NCBI GenBank assembly: GCA_016182655.1
Contig: JACPGB010000017.1
Coordinates: 1,110-65,109 of the forward strand
DNA: 64,000 nucleotides
Reading direction: 5' to 3'
Source of the DNA: Deltaproteobacteria bacterium
GTDB lineage: Bacteria; Desulfobacterota; GWC2-55-46
The position numbers and the translations under genes were made by a program. The notes beneath the pieces were generated by a model. The model was given only the letters and a program-made list of their open reading frames with translations, was not told where the DNA came from and searched no databases. Positions within the stretch are counted from its first letter, which is position 1, and each line of letters begins with the position of its first letter. Of this stretch, positions 59,726 through 64,000 are shown in pieces.

Positions 59726-59761
59726 AAGGCAGGCGGGGCTCAAGTCCCGCCTGCCTTTTTT
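59726..59761 (+). terminator. Rho-independent terminator ending the phage-like operon
   Basis: AAGGCAGGCGGG-GCTCAAGT-CCCGCCTGCCTTTTTT. Confidence 0.88.
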
Positions 59762-59888
59762 GATGGGCGGCTGTTTATGGAGAGCGATATAGCCTGTGCG
59801 GCCTGCCATATAATGAGGTTTTTTAAGCCCGATTGACAGGACTGTCTTCTTAAATTACAATCGAATATGCAGTGGAGAGCGTTGCCGT

Positions 59889-60095
59889 ATGGGCAGAAGC
59901 CTTATAATCATCGGAATTGTAATCGTAATCGTCGGGATAATCTTCACACTAGCTCCGAAGGTCCCGTTTCTCGGCAGGCTTCCGGGCGACATCTTGATAA
60001 AAAGGGACAACTTCGTATTCTACTTCCCGCTCTCAACCTCCATAATAGTCAGCGTGGTACTCTCCCTCATATTTTACTTCTTCACAAGGCGCTGA
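59889..60095 (+). CDS. DUF2905 family membrane protein
   Basis: LGRLPGDI.I....FYFPL.TSI. Confidence 0.9.
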   Translation: MGRSLIIIGIVIVIVGIIFTLAPKVPFLGRLPGDILIKRDNFVFYFPLSTSIIVSVVLSLIFYFFTRR

Positions 60096-60210
60096 GCCGG
60101 GACGGGGAAATGTTGCAAAAAAGAGATTTATACCCGGTCTGTTGCATTTATAATACAAATTTGAGCGTTATTGGTTTTACTAACTCTTTGAATTGATTGG
60201 ACTCTGACTA

Positions 60211-60226
60211 TGGCACATATATTGCT
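60211..60226 (+). promoter_or_regulatory. sigma54 (-24/-12) promoter of lpxC
   Basis: TGGCAC-ATATA-TTGCT consensus. Confidence 0.8.
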
Positions 60227-60254
60227 TAATATATCCGGCATGAACGGCATCAGG

Positions 60255-61169
60255 ATGCAAAAAACGATAAACAATAAGATAGAGTTCTCCGGCATAGGCC
60301 TTCACACCGGGCATGAGATACGTGTGCGGATATTGCCTGCCAACGAAGATACCGGGATAGCATTCGTCAGGACTGACGTCCCCTCATCCCCCGTCATAAG
60401 GGCGGGCGCTGAGAACGTCGTGGCCACGAGCTACGCGACGACACTCGGAAGAAAAGGCGTGACGGTCTCGACTGTCGAGCACCTCCTTGCCGCGTTCTAC
60501 GGGCTCGGGGTAGACAACGCCCGTGTCGAGCTCGACGGCCCCGAGGTGCCTATCATGGACGGCTCGGCCTCCGAGTTCATCTCCATGATAGAGTCTGCGG
60601 GTCTTAAGGACCTTTCATCCCCGAAGAAGTATCTCGTCATAAAAGAGCCGATAAGGGTCGCCGACCGCGACAAGTTCGTCGAGATAGCGCCTTCCGAGGA
60701 CGACGAGTTCACGGTCGACTACTCGATAGACTTCGCCCATCCGTTCATCACCAAGCAGTCGTTCTCAGGGCTATTCTCAGGGGACGTCTTCAGGGAAGGT
60801 GTGGGCAGGGCCAGGACCTTCGGGTTTTTGAGCGACTACGAGATGCTCAAGAAAAACGGGCTTGCCAAGGGCGGCTCCCTCGATAACGCCATAGTCATTG
60901 GAGACAACGAAATACTGAACGAAGAGGGCTTGAGATACCCGGACGAGTTTGTAAGGCACAAGGTATTGGACCTCATGGGCGACATCTCCCTCCTCGGTTT
61001 CACGGTGATAGGGCAACTCAAGGCCCACAGGTCAGGGCACGCACTCAACTTCAAGCTCGTCCAGGAGATACTCAAGTGGCCCGAGAGCTGGGTCTTGACC
61101 GAGGCCCCCTCTAAAGAAGAAAGCGCGCGCGCCGCATGCCCGCTTGTCGAGAAGATGGCGACCGTCTGA
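60255..61169 (+). CDS. lpxC: UDP-3-O-acyl-N-acetylglucosamine deacetylase
   Basis: GIGLHTG, TVEHLL, EVPIMDGS, ARTFGF, HKVLD..GD; likely start MQKTI at 60255. Confidence 0.97.
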   Translation: MQKTINNKIEFSGIGLHTGHEIRVRILPANEDTGIAFVRTDVPSSPVIRAGAENVVATSYATTLGRKGVTVSTVEHLLAAFYGLGVDNARVELDGPEVPIMDGSASEFISMIESAGLKDLSSPKKYLVIKEPIRVADRDKFVEIAPSEDDEFTVDYSIDFAHPFITKQSFSGLFSGDVFREGVGRARTFGFLSDYEMLKKNGLAKGGSLDNAIVIGDNEILNEEGLRYPDEFVRHKVLDLMGDISLLGFTVIGQLKAHRSGHALNFKLVQEILKWPESWVLTEAPSKEESARAACPLVEKMATV

Positions 61170-61190
61170 AGCGCCGCTGATATTTGAATC

Positions 61191-61216
61191 AAAGCCCCTT
61201 TTCAGGGGCTTTTTTT
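61191..61216 (+). terminator. Terminator after lpxC
   Basis: AAAGCCCCT-TTTC-AGGGGCTTTTTT. Confidence 0.8.
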
Positions 61217-61383
61217 ATTTGGTGGAACCCTGGTGGATTGCGGCGTTGCAAGTCCCCCTCGGGGATTGCCGACTAAACCATAAATTGCAAAACCACCTGA
61301 AATATGTTAATATTTTAGGGCGTTATTAATAAGGATTGCTTTCTAAAAAATCATGGCTTCCATGAAAGCTCCGAACTGATACC

Positions 61384-62403
61384 ATGGCAAACAAGGTAAA
61401 ACCGGGTTTGGACACCAACGGGAAGACAAAAAAACAGCTAAACCTTGAGGACAACTCCGTCGCCCTTCGGCTATTCGGAGAGGGCGGCGAGAACTTGAGG
61501 AGGATCGAGAAAAAGCTCGGGGTGGAGCTCAACACCAGAGGCTCGCTCGTGACCATTTCCGGCGAGAGTAGCAAGCTGGAGCTTGCCGAAAGGCTCCTCC
61601 TTGAGCTCTACGGCCTCCTCGAAAAGGGTTATCCCCTCTACCAGCACGATATCGAATACGCCATCCGCATGGTCTCCGCCGACTCATCCGTCCGCGTCTC
61701 CGACGTCTTCATGGACGCCGTCTATACGTCATACAGGAAAAAGATAATAGCCCCGAAGAGTGTCGCGCAGAAGAGGTACGTGGACTCGATACGGAGGCAC
61801 GACGTCGTCTTCGGCATAGGCCCGGCCGGTACAGGGAAGACCTATCTCGCCATGGCCATGGCTGTGGCGGCTCTCACTTCAAAGGCCGTTGAGAGGATAA
61901 TACTCACCCGTCCGGCCGTCGAGGCCGGAGAGAAGCTCGGGTTCCTACCCGGCGACCTCGCCGCCAAGGTCGACCCGTATCTTCGTCCACTGTATGACGC
62001 GCTCCACGACATGATAGATTACGAGAAGGCTGAAAAGTACCTCGAGAGGGGCGCGATAGAGGTTGCGCCTCTTGCCTTCATGAGGGGCAGGACGCTGAAC
62101 GATTCGTTCGTCATACTCGATGAGGCACAGAACACCACGACCGAGCAGATGAAGATGTTTCTTACGCGCCTCGGCTTCGGCTCAAAGGCCGTGATCACCG
62201 GCGACATAACTCAGATAGACCTCCCGCTCGCCAAGCCCTCGGGGCTCGTCGAAGTCCAGAAGATACTCGCAGGGGTCGAGGGGATCGAGTTCGTGGTATT
62301 CTCCGAGGCGGATGTGGTGAGGCACCCGCTCGTGCAGAAGGTCGTCAAGGCATTCGAGAAGGCCGAGTCCAGGAAAAAAGGGACTGTCCTGGAGGAGGCT
62401 TAA
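61384..62403 (+). CDS. phoH: PhoH-like ATPase (YbeZ)
   Basis: [40 protein letters not shown]. Confidence 0.95.
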   Translation: MANKVKPGLDTNGKTKKQLNLEDNSVALRLFGEGGENLRRIEKKLGVELNTRGSLVTISGESSKLELAERLLLELYGLLEKGYPLYQHDIEYAIRMVSADSSVRVSDVFMDAVYTSYRKKIIAPKSVAQKRYVDSIRRHDVVFGIGPAGTGKTYLAMAMAVAALTSKAVERIILTRPAVEAGEKLGFLPGDLAAKVDPYLRPLYDALHDMIDYEKAEKYLERGAIEVAPLAFMRGRTLNDSFVILDEAQNTTTEQMKMFLTRLGFGSKAVITGDITQIDLPLAKPSGLVEVQKILAGVEGIEFVVFSEADVVRHPLVQKVVKAFEKAESRKKGTVLEEA

Positions 62404-62417
62404 GGCCCTTGACCCCA

Positions 62418-64000
62418 ATGAGCGCGCGCCTCTCAGAATGGTTCTCTTTTTCCGGCCGGGAAGGCGGGATGCACGCCTTATTCAAGAGGCTCGCCCTCCT
62501 TGCCTTCGTAAGCTTTTTTTCAACCATCCTCTTCTTCCCCTCGCTCTCGTTCGTAGGATATTCGTACACACCCGGGGACGTGTCGCTCACTGACATAAAA
62601 TCGCCGGTGGCCATAGACTCCGGCGACGTCCATATTAGAAAGGGCGAGATAGTCGTCCGTGACGGCCAGGTCGTAACCGAAGGCGACCTCGCCAAAGTCG
62701 GACTCATAAGCGCGGCCCTTAAGGATAAGTCCAGGTGGCTCCCGGCGATAGGCTTCTTCGCATTCACCGCGATATTCATCTCTGCCGCCGTCTGGTTCGC
62801 GACAAGGAACATCAGAAAGTTCTCGGCGTCCCCCAAGGACCTGCTTTTGATGGGCATGGTCCTCACGGGCGTGCTGATACTTCTAAGGCTCTCTGACGCC
62901 GTCTCTCTCGTCTTGAAGACCATGTCGCCGGGTTCGGCCGACATCTACAGATACATAATCCCCGTCGCCGTGGGGCCGATGCTCATAAGGCTCCTCTTGA
63001 ATTCCGAGATGGCCCTCGTTTTCGCGGCCATAAGCTCGGTGCTCGCCGGGTTCTACATGGGCGGGTCCCTTGACGCCGCGGCCTATACGCTCATAGGCGG
63101 GGTCGTGGCCGCGATGGGGGTGCGCCACTGCACTCACCGGTCGGTCGTCATAAAGGCCGGGCTCATACTCGGCGCGGTGAACGCGGCCGTGATATTTACG
63201 CTCATGGTATCGAGGGGCGCGCCGATCGCCGGAGACGCCGTCCGCATAATAGTAGTGGGGGTATTGAACGGCATCGCGACTTCGGTCCTTGCCGTGGGCA
63301 TAGCCCCGGCGCTTGAGTCCGCCTTCCAGTACACGACGAACATAAGGCTCCTTGAATTATCCCGCATGGACCATCCTCTACTTAAAGAGCTCGCCATGAG
63401 GGCGCCGGGTACGTACCACCACTCCATCGTCATAGGCACGCTGGTAGAAGCCGCGGCGACGTCCATAAACGCGAACCCGCTCCTTGCCAGAGTCGCGGCC
63501 TACTACCACGACATCGGGAAACTCAAGATGCCCGCGTACTTCATAGAGAACATAACTGACGAGAACAGGCACGACAAGCTCTCTCCTTCGATGAGCGCGC
63601 TCATACTCGTCAACCACATAAAAGAGGGCGTCGAGCTCGCCGAAGAGGAGAGGCTCGGCGCCGAGATAATAGACATCATAAGAGAGCACCACGGGACCTC
63701 ACTCATCACATATTTTTATCAGAAGGCCAAGTCCGAGGAGGGGGACGTCGATATCGACGAGACGCAGTACAGGTACCCCGGCCCAAAGCCTCAGACAAAG
63801 GAGGCGGGGCTCGTGATGCTCGCCGACGCGATAGAGGCGGCCTCGAAGACGATACCCGACCCCACGCCCGACAAGATCCAGTGGCTTACGCAGAAGATCG
63901 TGAACAAGATATTCACCGACGGACAGCTGGACGAGTGCGAGCTGACATTGAAGGACTTGCATTCGATAACGAGGTCCTTCAACCGCGTATTCGCGGGCAT
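62418..64000 (+). CDS. 7TM-HD phosphohydrolase (PgpH-like), truncated by the window end
   Basis: Manual translation: TM segments, then APGTYHHS, YYHDIGK, EHHGT, YPGPKPQ, MLADAIEA. Confidence 0.9.
   Translation, partial: MSARLSEWFSFSGREGGMHALFKRLALLAFVSFFSTILFFPSLSFVGYSYTPGDVSLTDIKSPVAIDSGDVHIRKGEIVVRDGQVVTEGDLAKVGLISAALKDKSRWLPAIGFFAFTAIFISAAVWFATRNIRKFSASPKDLLLMGMVLTGVLILLRLSDAVSLVLKTMSPGSADIYRYIIPVAVGPMLIRLLLNSEMALVFAAISSVLAGFYMGGSLDAAAYTLIGGVVAAMGVRHCTHRSVVIKAGLILGAVNAAVIFTLMVSRGAPIAGDAVRIIVVGVLNGIATSVLAVGIAPALESAFQYTTNIRLLELSRMDHPLLKELAMRAPGTYHHSIVIGTLVEAAATSINANPLLARVAAYYHDIGKLKMPAYFIENITDENRHDKLSPSMSALILVNHIKEGVELAEEERLGAEIIDIIREHHGTSLITYFYQKAKSEEGDVDIDETQYRYPGPKPQTKEAGLVMLADAIEAASKTIPDPTPDKIQWLTQKIVNKIFTDGQLDECELTLKDLHSITRSFNRVFAG

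Larger units (their letters stand above)
35141..59761 (+). mobile_element. Phage-derived siphovirus-type head-tail-lysis module (GTA-like or cryptic prophage)
   Basis: About 30 co-oriented genes from terminase to holin between core genes ychF and DUF2905/lpxC; no integrase, repressor, replication gene or att repeat seen. Confidence 0.9.

Noticed and set aside
60210-60254. N-terminal extension of LpxC from ATG 60210
   Set aside because: It overlaps the sigma54 promoter; homology begins at MQKTI (60255).

Overview
Bacterial chromosomal window, probably from a 'Deltaproteobacteria'/Desulfobacterota-like organism (inferred from the ispE-tRNA-Gln-prs-rplY-pth-ychF order, a 2M complex I and a sigma54 promoter at lpxC). 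Left part (1-34.8 kb): housekeeping genes, a RAYT (REP-associated tyrosine transposase) locus whose REP is interrupted by a MITE, and a full nuoA-N operon. The operon has two nuoM genes, an elongated NuoL helix, an embedded cNMP-binding gene and a frameshifted nuoG. Further on, a Na+-type membrane pyrophosphatase sits between pth and ychF. Right part (35.1-59.8 kb): a co-oriented siphovirus-type morphogenesis and lysis module between ychF and DUF2905-lpxC. It has terminase, portal, scaffold, capsid, fibres, tail tube, a -1-frameshifted chaperone, a very short tape measure, a tailspike, an M15 endolysin and a 3TM holin. I see no integrase, att site, repressor or replication gene, and the host's own palindromic repeats occur inside it. 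This is the best candidate for an undescribed system: a domesticated gene-transfer-agent-like particle locus. It carries a tandem array of four diversified lipoprotein paralogues. All protein calls come from motif recognition by eye; no database searches were run.
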